A DNA stretch of 46,584 bases, the filler included, from Jimgerdemannia flammicorona (Eukaryota): assembly GCA_003990765.1 (NCBI GenBank). It is 2 parts of 2 records of this genome, joined end to end, with 100 filler letters (N's around TTAATTAATTAA, not from the genome) between each part and the next. Parts side by side here need not be neighbours in the genome. Positions count along the whole stretch, not along the records: positions 23,343 to 46,584 come from RBNJ01001131.1; 1 more part is not named here. The stretch is one strand, 5' to 3'. Made by a program: the position numbers and the translations under genes. This document shows positions 34,328 to 46,584 of this stretch, one piece after another. The notes below the pieces were generated by a model. That model searched no databases and was not told where the DNA came from. It saw only the letters and a list, made by a program, of their open reading frames with translations. Position 1 is the first letter of the stretch. Each line of letters begins with the position of its first letter.

Positions 34328-37300
34328 ATGATCAGTACAACCAACATTTTTTCTTTGAACATGAATAGGCTAAGGGGTGCAGTTAGACACAGGAACATTT
34401 TTATTTGGTTGAAGGGATTGGAGGCCGATCTCTTCCTCTTGCAGGATGTCAGGTGCAAGAATGATTCTGATAGGATGAAATGGACTAAGGAATGGGGTGG
34501 CATGGTGATTTGGAACAGCAAGGTCAGGATTCTGGTTCAGAAAGGCAGAGGGGAGATAAGGGATGTGAGGAGCTGGGGGGAGAGACTGGTCTGGGGTGAG
34601 TGGATTCATGCAGGTTGGGAGCCAGTCACAGTTGGCTCCTGTTACTGCCCTGTGGTGCAGGGGGAGCATGTGGATTGGGTGAAAGGGCTCCTGAAGAGTG
34701 GGATCCTTGCTGAAGCTGGGTTGAATATGCTTGGAGGAGATTTCAATATGGTTCGAGATGTACAGCTAAATAGAACTGATGGAGGATGGGGTGCTGAGAG
34801 CAGAAGTGGGGGGCTGGTGATGTGGGAGGAGGTCAAAAGGCTAGGAGCACTGGTGGATGCTGGTAGGGAGTACTGGGGGGATAGGAGGGTATATACACAT
34901 TGGGCTGGAGGTCTGGGGACAAGGATTGACTGGATTCTGATGGCCAACTGTTGGGACCGCGATGTTTGGAAGGTGCTAGAGGTAGAATGGTGTCTGTGGT
35001 CAGATCACTGGGGCCTTTTGGGACAGGGGTGTTTTGGAGGAAGTGGGGATGGGCCTGGACATTGGCACCTAAATTCCTCCTTGTTGGATGATGAGTCCTG
35101 GTGGGAGGAGTGAGCAAAAGACATTCAGCTGAAGGTGGTGAATTGGTGGCAGGAAGGGACTACAATTGGGGTTAGGTAGATAAGGATGAAAGAGATGGCC
35201 AGGATGTATTGGAGTGAGGCTGGCAGAGTGGCTGGGAAGCAGCGAAGGCAGAGAGTGCATTAGGCTTCTACTAGATTGGCTAGGCTCCTGGAGGAGTGGG
35301 CAAGACTGACAGTAGTGGAGGGAGAAGAGGATTGGAGAATAATAAGGGTGAAGATGGAGGTTGGGGAACTACAACAGGTGCTGTGTGAAGAGGAAGAGTC
35401 AAGGATGTAAGGCCTGGTGGCACGGCTTCATTGGCAGGGGCTGGAGGAAGGGGAGAGATCTTTCAAGTTTCTCACAAGGATACTTCGAGCGAGAAGGGTA
35501 CAACAGTGGTGGAAAGGGGTACTTGACTCAGAGAGTATACTAGTGCATGGTGTACAGGATATCCTTGGAACACTGAAGGCGCGATGGAGTGGATTGTGGA
35601 ATGAGGAGGAGGGTGGGGTGGATGCTACAGCTATTGACCAAACATTAGAAGATTGGCACCCACCACAAGCTGAGGGATTAGGTGATCTGGTGATGCCTGT
35701 AAAGGAGGACGAGATCCACCAGGTTCTTGCCGCGACAGCCTCAGGTATGGTGCCTGGGGAGGATGGCCTCCTCTGGGACTTCTGGAAGCAAATGGTGAGA
35801 GTCCCGGGCATGTTGAGGGAGTTGACAGCACTGTATGACTCTATATTGCAGTCAGGGAGATGGGTGGGGGAGCAGGACCTTGGGCTGGTGATGCTACTTT
35901 ATAAGAACAAAGGAAGGTGAGAGGATTGGAAGAACTGGCAGCTGATAATGTTGCTAGATATGAACAGAAAGTTGGTGACTAAGGTAGTGGTTGCAAGGCT
36001 ACAGAAGGTAGCCCAGCAAATTATGAGTGTTGAGCAGAGGGGCTTCATAGGGGGTTGGCTTATTAGAGATGGCATGGCCTGGGTACATGGAGTTATTGAA
36101 GGTGCTCAAGCCTGTGGACTGGATGGGCATCTTGTCTTCTTGGATCAGGAGAAGGCTTATGACCAGGTGCAGCATGTCTGATTGGCGAAAGTATTAGATA
36201 GAATTGGAGTTCCAGTTCCATTTCAGTCAGCGATGGTCAGCCTACTGGAAAGGAGTAGGGCTGCACTCGTGTATAATGGGCATAGAGGGGTAGCATTCCC
36301 TCTGGGTAGGGGAGTGCCCCAGGGGGACCCACTGTCCTCCATTTTGTATACTCTTTTCTTGAAACCTCTAATGGACAGGATCCGGCAGAGGATAGTGGGG
36401 CTCTCTATCTATGGAGTTGGCTGGAAAGTTGGAGCCTTTGCAGATGATATGGTGGTTGGTTTGGGAGCGACTGCAGATGTCAAGAAGCTCAAGAAGACAG
36501 TGGAGTGGTATGAAGAGAACTCTGGGGCGAAGCTGAATTGGCACAAGTGTGAAACAATGGTGCTGGGTAATGGCCTGGTGGGTGGAGAAGTTATTGGAAC
36601 AATTGTCCCCACCAGAGAGGCAGTGTGGTACTTGGGCATCTATTTGTTGATCTATGGGTCTGTTCTGCCCAGGCTGTGGTGGGAGCAGAGGATTGGAATT
36701 TGGGAGGAGGACCTGCAGGGTTGGGGGGGAAGACACTTCTCTCTAGCAGAAAGGATCTCGATTTTGAATATATACTGGCTGCCAAAGCTGTGGTATTTGG
36801 CTTATCATCTGGACTTTCCAGCCTAGGTAGTGAAGAGATTGGTGAAGGTGGCCAAGGGATGGATTTGGACTGGCAGACAGAGTCAGATTGGTTGGGAGAC
36901 TTTGTCCCTACTGGTGGCAAGAGGTGGTCTTGGGCTGGTGGACTTCCCCAAAAGACTACACTGCTTGAGGGCATGGTGGCTTAGGAGGGCGGTGGAGTTG
37001 CGTGGAGGGGGCTGGGTTCCCCTACTGCAGAAGGTATGGGAGAGGTGGACATCACCAAGAGGCTTGACTGGTGATCTTCTTTCATTAGTTGGGCTTCAGA
37101 ATACTGCACAACTGAGATATAAAGGCTTCTGGTGGGGGATAGCCGAGGGGGCACACCGCATTGGTATTCGCTGGCAAGGGGATGAGGGGGAGAGGGCTTG
37201 GGGCCTGGCGATGTGGAGATGGGATGGCATTCTTCTGGGAGGCATGCCTTTACTTGAGTTCAATATTGGTGATGGAATTGAATGCCAAAGGGGACCAGGC

Positions 37301-37984
37301 CAGGATCTGTGGCCTAGTGGTTGGCAAGGAGTTGGAATTGGTGAGGAGTGGGACTGGCATGGGGTTTGGACCTGGAGTGCCACAGTGAAAAATTGGATGC
37401 CACCAAAGTACTGGGTGGTCTGGTGGTATGTGCTGAGAAGGAATGTGATGTTTAACTTCTGCTCAGGACACCTTGTTGTAGGGGGCTGCTTTGACTGTGA
37501 GGAGTGCTATAATGTAGGGCAGGAAGGGAAATTTGTACAGATACCAGAACATTGGCTAGAGGAGTGTGAGGTGTTGAGAGACTTTTGGCGGGCCATTGGG
37601 GACTACTTGGGGGTCAGGCGTAGGGGTGATGATATATGGGGGAGGTGGGAGAATCTAAGGGATTGATTGATAGAAGGGGTAGGGGAGGAGTGGATTACTC
37701 TAGGCTGGGCATTGGCTATTTGGGTTGGGCTGGCCAGTCACTGGCTATTTGTATTTGAGGAGGAGAGGTGACAGAGCTTGGGGAGCCAGTTATCATGGTG
37801 GCAGTGCCTTATGGAGGATACCTTGACAGGCTGGTGGCTTGGTTGGGGGCTGCAGGGGGGTCAGAGGCACTGCTTGGTGGTAAAAATCTGTGGTCAGAGT
37901 GGTGGGAGAGTTGGAGTTGTTGGTGAGAGGGTGGTCTTTATATATGAAGAGGTGGGGAGGGGCCCCCTGATAGGGATCGGATAG
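34328..37984 (+). pseudogene. LINE-b ORF2 (APE-RT-Cys/His motif, ~1218 codons, premature stops)
   Basis: FSLNMN, LGGDFN, RIDW, SDH, DQEKAYD, GVPQGDPLS, FADD, CFDCEEC...EHWLEEC. Confidence 0.93.
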
Positions 37985-38082
37985 TGGGTGGTGATATTGT
38001 ATACTTATTCATAGACTGGTAATAAAGACGGAGTCCAAGGGACTATAAAAAAAAAAAAAAAAAATATTAATAAATTAGTCAG

Positions 38083-40277
38083 ATATATTCAGGCTGGGGG
38101 TAGTCATCAGGATTAGGATAGATATTATCTTGGTAGAGCCTTTTGATTGACTAGCAGAGAGTAAGGTAATATAGTAGCTAGTGTCCTGACTATATCTAAT
38201 TAGAACCAGGAGCTGATATAGTAATATAATTAAAACCTATAGACTTAAGGAGTAAGACCTTCTTTATTTAGCAGAATCTAACTAAAACTAAAGCTAATAT
38301 AGGCCCTATTACTTAAGAAATCAAGATCAGAATTCACCATCACATTGTGCTTCTGAGGCTTAGTAGTTATAGTAAGAATGATTCTGGGGCTACTGGCTCA
38401 GAAAATAAAGGAGGCTACTTTAGTGAAGTTTTTGAAGAGAGAGGAAGGGGTGGAAGTTGACTTTGAGTAAGAGAAGATACTGTTGGAGGCAATGGAGAAA
38501 GGGGTGGTAGTGGGGGGGGGTGATAATCTCTATAATACAGTACTTACACTGGGATCCACAAGTGGTACAGTTGACAGTACTAGATATACATACCTATCAA
38601 GGAGTATGGAGAGATCATAGATATTGAGTTTAGAGTCTGGGAGGGTACTAAGTTCAGGATGAGAGATATAGATATCAGGGTATAGCTAGTAGGTAAGGAG
38701 AATACAAAAAAGGTGAGAGACTGGCCAGTAGTACTAAAGTGGAGCCCTGTGAAATATAAGGTCATGCAGGTGAAGAGAACTTTAGAAGAGAAAGAGGACT
38801 TATTAGAGGTACTGGAAGATCTAGCTGGAGCTGTAGAGAGAAGGAGATTGGCCTAGAAAAAGTATGAGACCAAGACAGTAGTGGAGATTATCAATGGCAA
38901 GAAGGTATGTTTATATTAGATAGTCTGAGAGAGAGTATAGAGGAGGTATGTTTAGAAGAAGCTGCTGGCAAAGTTGAGAGGGGGGGCAGCTGGGGGAAAT
39001 GCCACTGATGTGGCCAGATTGAAGGTAAGTATCTGGACAGAGAGAAGAGAGCAGTACCAGAGGAAAGCCTGAAAGGGAAGGAGAGCACAAGATTGAGTAT
39101 TATTGTGGAGGATGTAGAGATAGCAGAGGAAGAGGGCTCTTAGTATAAAGTACCAGACAAGACCAGGAGTGATGATAAACTGCAGGATATTCTGGAGAAG
39201 GACTGGGATGAGTCAGTGAGGAGGAATGTAGAGGAGAGACAGGTGGAAGGGGGGATGAGAGTGGCTCAGAGAGTGGCTCAGAGAGGGGTGGAGGCTGAGC
39301 TTAAGGAGAAATGGCTGTGAAAGATGCTAGAGAATGTGGCAGCTGAGGAGCTGGAAAGAGAAGATTTCTGAGTACTAAGTGAGAGATACTGGAGAGGGAT
39401 CTTATAGAGAGAAGAGGTGTCATAGAAACTCAGAGATAAGATAATAATGATACTGTTGGAGGCAGAGGCCTATCAGGTAGATAATACCAGAGAGGAGAAA
39501 CTATAGAGAGTTGTAAGTAATAGGGCCACATATGTAGGGCCTGAGAAAAGGACTGATAAAGTGGTAGGTAGTATGTAAAGAGTACTATACAGAGATAGAG
39601 GCTGTAGATAGCATAGATTGTCAGGAGATTTTGGTAGTATTAAAGGCCCAACAGAGAGAGACAGATGAACTGGCAGCAGAAAGGAACCTAGACTTAGCTG
39701 GAGAGATAAGGAGCATAAAACTATAGAGTGGATGAACAGGCTTCAACCAATATTATTTAATATGAACAGTACAACTAGAATCTTATCTCTGAATATCAAT
39801 GGACTATAAGGGGCAGTGAGGTAGTATAATATTTGGAGCTGAAGGGGACAGAGGCTGACTTGTTTTTACTACAAGATATTGAGTGCAATGGGGACTTAGA
39901 TAGTTAGTATTGGACAAAGAAATAGGGGGGAGTAGCAGTTTGGAGTAGACATGTAGGTATTCTGATTAGAAAGGGTAAGGGGGATATTGAAAATATTGGA
40001 CAATGAGAGAGCAGATTGGTGTGGGGAGTTTGGAAGAGGCTAGACTGGAGGCTTTTAGTGGTTGAGTCATATTATTGTCTAGTGGAAAGGGGGGAAAGGA
40101 TGGAATAGATCTGAGGGCTACAAAAGTCTAAAGTACTAATAGAGGTAGGGATTGATTGTCTTGGAGGGGACTTCAACATAATATATAATGAGAAGATAGA
40201 TAGAACTGATGGAGATAGAGGGATGATAGATAGGAGTGAGGGTTTGGAAGTCTATGAAGAAGTCAAATGTCTGTGTG
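38083..40277 (+). mobile_element. Older, strongly degenerate LINE of the same clade (LINE-c): ORF1 remnant and APE start; its 5' end is probably at ~32040-32180
   Basis: TLCFxGLVVIVRMILGLL...LVKFLK and FRVWEGT match ORF1. MNSTTRILSLNINGL at 39762 and LGGDFN match APE. Interrupted by LINE-b and by copy D. Confidence 0.8.
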
Positions 40278-42331
40278 TATAAGTGTACAACCTCTAAGCC
40301 ACAGAAATCACATATCACCCTCTGAACAAGTCACTGAAATCACATGCGACCTCTGAACAAATCTGGAAATCACCTGCTTGATCACAAAGCTAAGTCAAAT
40401 CAAAGTCACAGTATACAAAGCTGAGTCAATATGAAGTCATGGAATACAAGATTTACACAAACAGAATCTTACCAATTAGGACTAAATATATATACCAAGT
40501 ACTAAGATGTGTCAAAACAAAGAACCAAAACAAACAATAACCACAACTTCTGAATATACACAAACATGACCACTGAGATCTATAACCACATCCATGCTGA
40601 CATTTGGAATACTATTGTCAACCAAGCCACACCCCCTCTGCCCCTCATGAATATCTATAGCCTAGCACCCCTCTACTTCATGGAAGTCTGATGGAACACC
40701 CTGAACATCCCACTAGATCAGACAAATCTCAAGCTACTACCAGATTGGCCACCTCCTAGAAGATATGGTCAAACACTACCATGATACAGACATTACCCAG
40801 ATGTCTCAATATCAGAAACTTATCACCCACAAACACCGAGAACTCTTTTACAAGTATAGCACCTTTATTCCCCACCTCTGAGTTACTACTAGTGAAATGG
40901 TTGCTACCCTGTCCTATGGTCAAATTGACAACATGATATAAGAACTCAACCACAAGTACCTTGAGTATGTCAAGACTACAGACAGAACCTTCTCACACCC
41001 CAATGACCATATCCTGCAAATGCCTCAAGTTGGATATGCTATAAAGGATGTCTATGATATAATCTGATTTGATAAAGATGAAGCAGAAGACAATGATCCC
41101 TCTGATATCAACATGACCTCAAGCCAAGAATCTCTGCCAACCCTGATCACATCACCAACTCTGCCAATGAACTTACAACAGTTCATAATCACCTATGAGA
41201 CCTACTGGGACAATGACCACTGATACAAATACCAATCTGTGTTCACCCCAGATTACTTCAACTATAATGAAGAGATAGAAGAACACAATCTGTATCTTCA
41301 GACAACCCTCGAGATTGAACCAACCACTTTGCCACCTGAGTATGAGTGACACGAACCACAGCTGCCAGTTTACTACCACCCTGTGACTCATAGTGCTATA
41401 ATCTATAGAAGGTATGCAGACAGTGAATCCAATGAAAGTGAAGACAATGCACCCCTCCTTTGCCCACCAATGCCTTATCCAGCATATGAGACAGATGATG
41501 CTATCCTGTGGGATGGTGACACAGTCCCAATATATTACTACCTCAGCGAACAAGGAGAATTAATCTGTGAACAACTCTTCCTAGATGACTACTTTATCAG
41601 AGATAATGTCATCAATGGTGATGTCATCGAAGACTACCCAGACAGCATCTAAATCTATAGATAGCTTAACAGTCATAGTATAGTTAGATTAGCTTTGTAT
41701 AACATGGCTGTAAACTGACTCAGCAGTTAGATGATCTCTTGATATATCAGATCACACTTATACTACATGACTGTATTCCAACTCAGCAAGGCACTTAGTG
41801 CTACATCTATATTTAGCATAGTCCAGATAGCCCCTCACTAGTATAAATACCCCCTCCCCTAACCTTAGAATCTCAGATCTAAACAATCTGAATACAACTC
41901 CTGAGCACTTCTCCACAATATCTCTTCATACAACTACTCCTAGTATAGCAATATTATGAATAGCGAATAAATCTATTTAATAATCCACAAACCACTCTTA
42001 AGTAAATCTGCTCCCCATTAAGTCCCACTCCTAACCCCCTATCACAAAATTTCCTAATTGGGTATTGTCTGTAGTGATACACCAATTCAACTAAGCTGGT
42101 CTTAGTTTCTTGAACTTCCTGAAATACAGAAAATCCTGAACATCTAGAACTAGTCTGAAAAAGGACTTTGATTGAGACATCAACCTGAACTTGAAATCAA
42201 TAAGTATAGAGGATGTACTCTATATGAAATTGACCTTGACTATAAGAAAATGGTCTTTCAGAATATCCAGAACTTCTAGAAAACCCTTCCAGAACTATAT
42301 AATGGTTATCCTAAAAAGCAACTCTCTTACA
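40278..42331 (+). repeat. 5' LTR of copy D
   Basis: TATAAG...CTTACA termini; homologous to the other family LTRs. Confidence 0.94.
40566..41652 (+). pseudogene. LTR-encoded ORF, copy D
   Basis: ATG ACC ACT GAG start conserved; the C-terminal part is track ORF 41383-41652. Confidence 0.75.
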
Positions 42332-43293
42332 ACTTGGTAGCAGTAGTTTACAATCCAATTCTGCTTCAAGATACTTCCTCACCCCACTACAAACCCCTCT
42401 GCGAATTCCTACAAGTTAATATAAAGCCCAACCTCTGAACTGGAATTTATCCTGAACCATCTGACAATCTGGAGAGAATTGAACCTGATATACAAGGACA
42501 ATTTGACCTCCACACCTGCAACAAGTGGGACAAACTTCATTCAAAGAAAGAAATACTCTAGTTAAATTAGCAAATAGGTGAAACCCTATTCACTGAACTC
42601 CTTGCACTACACCCAGTAAGTCAGGATGAAGAAGGTCTTATAGAAGCCTTCTTCACTCTTCTCAATAAGAGTTTTGTCAGCTCCACAAATCTGAGTGACC
42701 TAGGACAACCAGCAGCAGTCTTTCTAGCCTTAGTCCCTCACAAAGCCCAAGCCTTTGTAGCCAAGTGGCTCAACTCTACTGACTTTCACCATACTAGGAC
42801 CAAGACTGCATTATACTATCGATTCCAGAACAATAAGGCCTGCCATATTCTTAAAGAAGAAGCAAGAGAAACCCTTCACCAACTACCTGATCCCAAACCA
42901 GAAGCAGGCCCTGCTACAGTCCTACCTAAATCTGAAACCAACACTGAACCAGAACTTAACTTTGAATTAAGTCCATCCGAAATCAGATATATAACTGATT
43001 TTGTCTACTTTGATGCCAAGCAAACCCAATTATACAGGGACCAAACCGAAGAGAAGGAGGAGTATCTCAGTGAATTCGATCTCAGATACACCACTGAAAG
43101 AGATGTACCTCCATCAGGACAGAATATACCTACATAGCAACAAACAGCTATCTATTGAGCCCTTACTTCTGACTCACAACTACTACCCCAGTAACTTACA
43201 CAGACCCAAAGAACCCCATCACACTCTGCACCAGTACCTCAAGTAGTATCAGTAACACCACTACCAGCAGTCTAACCACCTCTAGTAAACAAT

Positions 43294-46200
43294 ATGGCAA
43301 ACCAACAGATCCTTGACCTCATAGCCCAGGTAGCAATAATGGTAGCAACTATTACTACCTTAGCTGAACAGACCCAACCTACCAAAAATCTGAGCCTACC
43401 TATCTTCAATAGTACTGCACAAGAAGTCCAAAGCTTCATTAGTATAGTTGACACCAACTTTGAAGTCAATCAATGGACCAACGAGCAAGTTGCTGACTGT
43501 CTTCTGACAAACAATTAAGACCACACTCTGGAACAACTCTTTGCTACCACTACAGCCTATGTCCACCAAGTTGTTATATTCTTCCGAGGACCTGCTGAAG
43601 AATGGTGGTGAACCCTTCCTGAAAAACCCCTCACATGGGATACCCAACCTGCAGTAATTGCTCAGAATGCAGCAAATAATGCCCTAGGATATAGAGCCCA
43701 TCCTGCAGCCCCTGGACTCAAACAACTCATGATTGCTCAATACTACAGTAAAACCATGATTGCTGAATCTCAAGTAAAACTCTGCAACCTCAAATTTGAT
43801 GTATATGGCAAAGAAGAATTCAAAACCTTCTGTACAAAACCTGAGTCACTCCTGAACACTGTTGACCTAGGATATATTGCCAATGATGAAGCATGAAATG
43901 GTACAAGAGCAGACCATTTATTTGATACTCTATCTGAATGGCTTACTAGAAAAATCCATGAACAAGGCTGCCTAGTTGGTTGTGATTACCAACAATAATG
44001 CCTAGTAAGAATCAAGACTATGGTCAAGCGAATCCTAACAGCTAGACCAATTCTGCCTCAAAGACAATTTGACAACAAGGAAAAGACTTAGACCAAGAAA
44101 GAAGAACCCAAGCATGAAGTATCCCAAGCTCCCTTTACATCTACCTCATGGACACCCAGAAATCATGAACCTACCCAGCTGAGTATCTTCAAGAAACTCA
44201 CTGAAGGAGAAAGAAATGAACTTTGAAGAAGTAGAGTATACTTCTATTGCCAAAAGACAGGATATATGACCAGTGCCTGCCATAACCGAAAACCCTGAAC
44301 AGTAATATGAGCAACTGTTACTACTCTGCACCACCTCAATAACCTGACTACCAGAATACTGGACTTTATCAAGTTAAGACAAACTACTAAGGCTCCAACC
44401 AAAGGAAGTCAAAAAGCAGCTGAATATGGCCTATATACAGCCAAAGAAGCTACAGTTTCCAACTGAGAAGTTAAGTAAGTCTACACAGAAATTAGTATCC
44501 AAATCCCTGAAGGATATGTTGGAAGAATATGCTGTTACAGCAGCCTAGTATTAAAAGGACTCTCAGTAGAAGGAGGAGTTATTGACAAAGATTATACAGG
44601 CAAAATTATTGTCCTTATCTGAAACCACAGTTGGATACCCTTTAAGATCCCCATTGGTTTCTGTATTGCCCAGATCCTATTCAAAAAAATTGAGTCAACC
44701 CTGACAGTCAAGGAAGTCCCTGAACTACTACCTACTATCTGAGGATCCAAAGGATTTGGCTTATCAAACAAGGCCCCAGTCTAACCTACCATGAACAAAG
44801 AAGAACAATTCTATAAGAAAATCGAAGATGGATATATACCAAGTAGCCAATGCCTCCATGGTATTGGAATGTACTCTTCTCAAATGATTGATGATTGCTT
44901 CTCTTGTGTCAATGAACTGGCTCAAAGAAGAACCAATAAAAAGAAAGCCCCTACAATTGAAATTACCACCATTGGATCAGATAAACTGCTTACACTTCAA
45001 GCTTTTGTCAACTGAGCACCTGTCAAGATTATGATAGACAGTAGTGCCTCAGATAACTTCATCAATAAAGGAATAGCCAACAGACTCAAGGTCTTCACCT
45101 CTCCAGTACAACAAACCCAAGCAGTTGCTACAGCTGATGGAACCTCCCATATCATTAGTAAGGAAGTCTGCAATCTACCCTTTCGAATTAGTAACTATCA
45201 AGTACATGTTATCCTCTAAATTGTATCACTTTCTGACAATGAGATCATTCTTGGAACCCCATGGTTGAAATAAGAGAACCCTATGATCAATTGGGTAAAC
45301 TATTCTCTAACCATTAAGAAAGGATGCCATAACTTCAAATTATAAGGTGAAAGGGACCCACTCAGCCCCAGTGACCCTGGACCAAATATCACCCACATTA
45401 ATAAGCTACAACTTAAGAAATTGGCCAAGAAATACCCTCTTTTTGCCATCTCCATCTGCCCATTCAAAGGAGAACCTGAGAACTCTGAAGAAGACTTTTC
45501 CAAAGTTGACAGCCATATCAGACCACTACTCTAAAAATTCTGAGACATATTCCCAAAGAAGCTCCTGAAGGACCTACCTCCTAAATGAGCAGTAGATCAT
45601 GCTATCAAGACTATCCCAGATGCTAAGCCAGCCTTCAAGTCAATCTACCATATGTCTCTGAGAGAAATTGATGTACTCAAGAAGGAAATTGATGAACTTC
45701 TAGAATAAGGATTCATCAGACCCAGTGTATCACTCTATAGTGCACCAGTCCTCTTTGTTGTCAAGAAAGGAGAAGACCTGTGAATGTGTATTGATTACCA
45801 TGACCTCAATGAACAGACAATTAAGAACTGCTACCCACTACCTAGAATCGATGAGATATTTGATAGACTCACTAACCCACAGTTCATGAGCTCTTTTGAT
45901 CTGTAAAATGGTTACTGGCAAATTGTCATGAAAGAAGAAGACATCTACAAGACAGCCTTCCGAACCTGCTATGGACACTTTGAGTTCCTGGTTATGCCTT
46001 TTGGCTTAACTAATGTCCCAGCAATCTTTCAGACACTGATGAACACCATCCTGTACCCATACCTGGACAAATTTATTGTTGTCTATATTGATGACATCCT
46101 AGTCTTCAGCAAAACCCTGGAGGAATATCTTGAACACCTTGAACTAGTATTACTGAAACTCTGAGAAAACTGACTATTTGCAAAAATCAGCAAGTGTGAG

Positions 46201-46573
46201 TTCCTCCTGAAGGAAATTTAATTCCTTAGATACATTGTCATGGTGAATGGAATCAAAGTAAACCCCAGCAAAATTTCCACAATCAAGGATTGGCCCAGAC
46301 TCAAGAAGCTGAAGGACCTATAGTTATTTCTGAGATTAGCAAACTATTACTGGTGATTTGTTGCCAACTTCACCAAAATTGCTACTGCTCTCACTCAAAT
46401 GACCAAGCATAGCAAGAAAGGAGAACAGCTCTGGACCATGAAATAAGAGAAAGACTTCAACAATCTTATAAATTGGGGACCTGAATAAGATACAGCCTTT
46501 TAAGCACTAAAAGATACCTTGATAACCACTCCAGTACTTCAAGTGGCAAATTCTACCCTGCTATACAAAGTTA
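43294..46573 (+). pseudogene. gag-dUTPase-PR-RT (partial RNase H), copy D
   Basis: MANQQILDL start, dUTPase ~44359-44766, MIDSSAS protease, YIDD. Confidence 0.92.
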
Positions 46574-46584
46574 CTTTTTTTTTT

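Larger units (their letters stand above)
32181..38064 (+). mobile_element. Full-length L1/Tx1-like LINE (LINE-b)
   Basis: ORF1, ORF2, AATAAA at 38021 and poly(A) 38047-38064. 20-bp TSD with 2 mismatches (32161-32180 AATAATAATAAATCAGTCAG; 38063-38082 AATATTAATAAATTAGTCAG). Confidence 0.93.
40278..46573 (+). mobile_element. Family A copy D (5' LTR, PBS, gag to start of RNase H), truncated at poly(T)/window end
   Basis: LTR 40278-42331, PBS at 42335, colinear with copy A up to ~8035. Confidence 0.94.

Noticed and set aside
34328..37984. Unusual Trp richness of LINE ORF2
   Set aside because: Plausibly explained by a G-rich sense strand plus CGG>TGG transitions, not a novel domain.

Overview
The window is a eukaryotic (probably fungal, inferred) nest of retrotransposons, with no host gene detected. 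It holds three copies of one ~10.4-kb Ty3/Gypsy chromovirus family with ~2.06-kb LTRs and a single gag-dUTPase-protease-RT-RNaseH-integrase-chromodomain frame. Copy A (1733-12165, +, TSD CTAAT) sits inside the 3' LTR of copy B (1420-22270, -, TSD TGTGC). Copy B sits inside a different dUTPase-carrying Gypsy element C (1-1419 and 22271-23226, -). Copy D (40278-46573, +) is truncated. Right of an artificial 100-nt linker lie three L1/Tx1-like LINEs and the 3' half of another Gypsy element E (integrase plus a probable 1.57-kb LTR). All elements are riddled with C-to-T transitions (CGA>TGA, CAA/CAG>TAA/TAG), consistent with RIP-like or methylation-driven decay. Main finding: every family-A LTR carries a ~365-codon sense ORF inside U3 with its own apparent promoter. 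The probable LTR of element E, from a different Gypsy family, carries a ~286-codon ORF in the same layout, with by-eye N-terminal similarity to the first. This suggests an uncharacterised LTR-encoded accessory gene family. All alignments were done by eye and no database search was possible.
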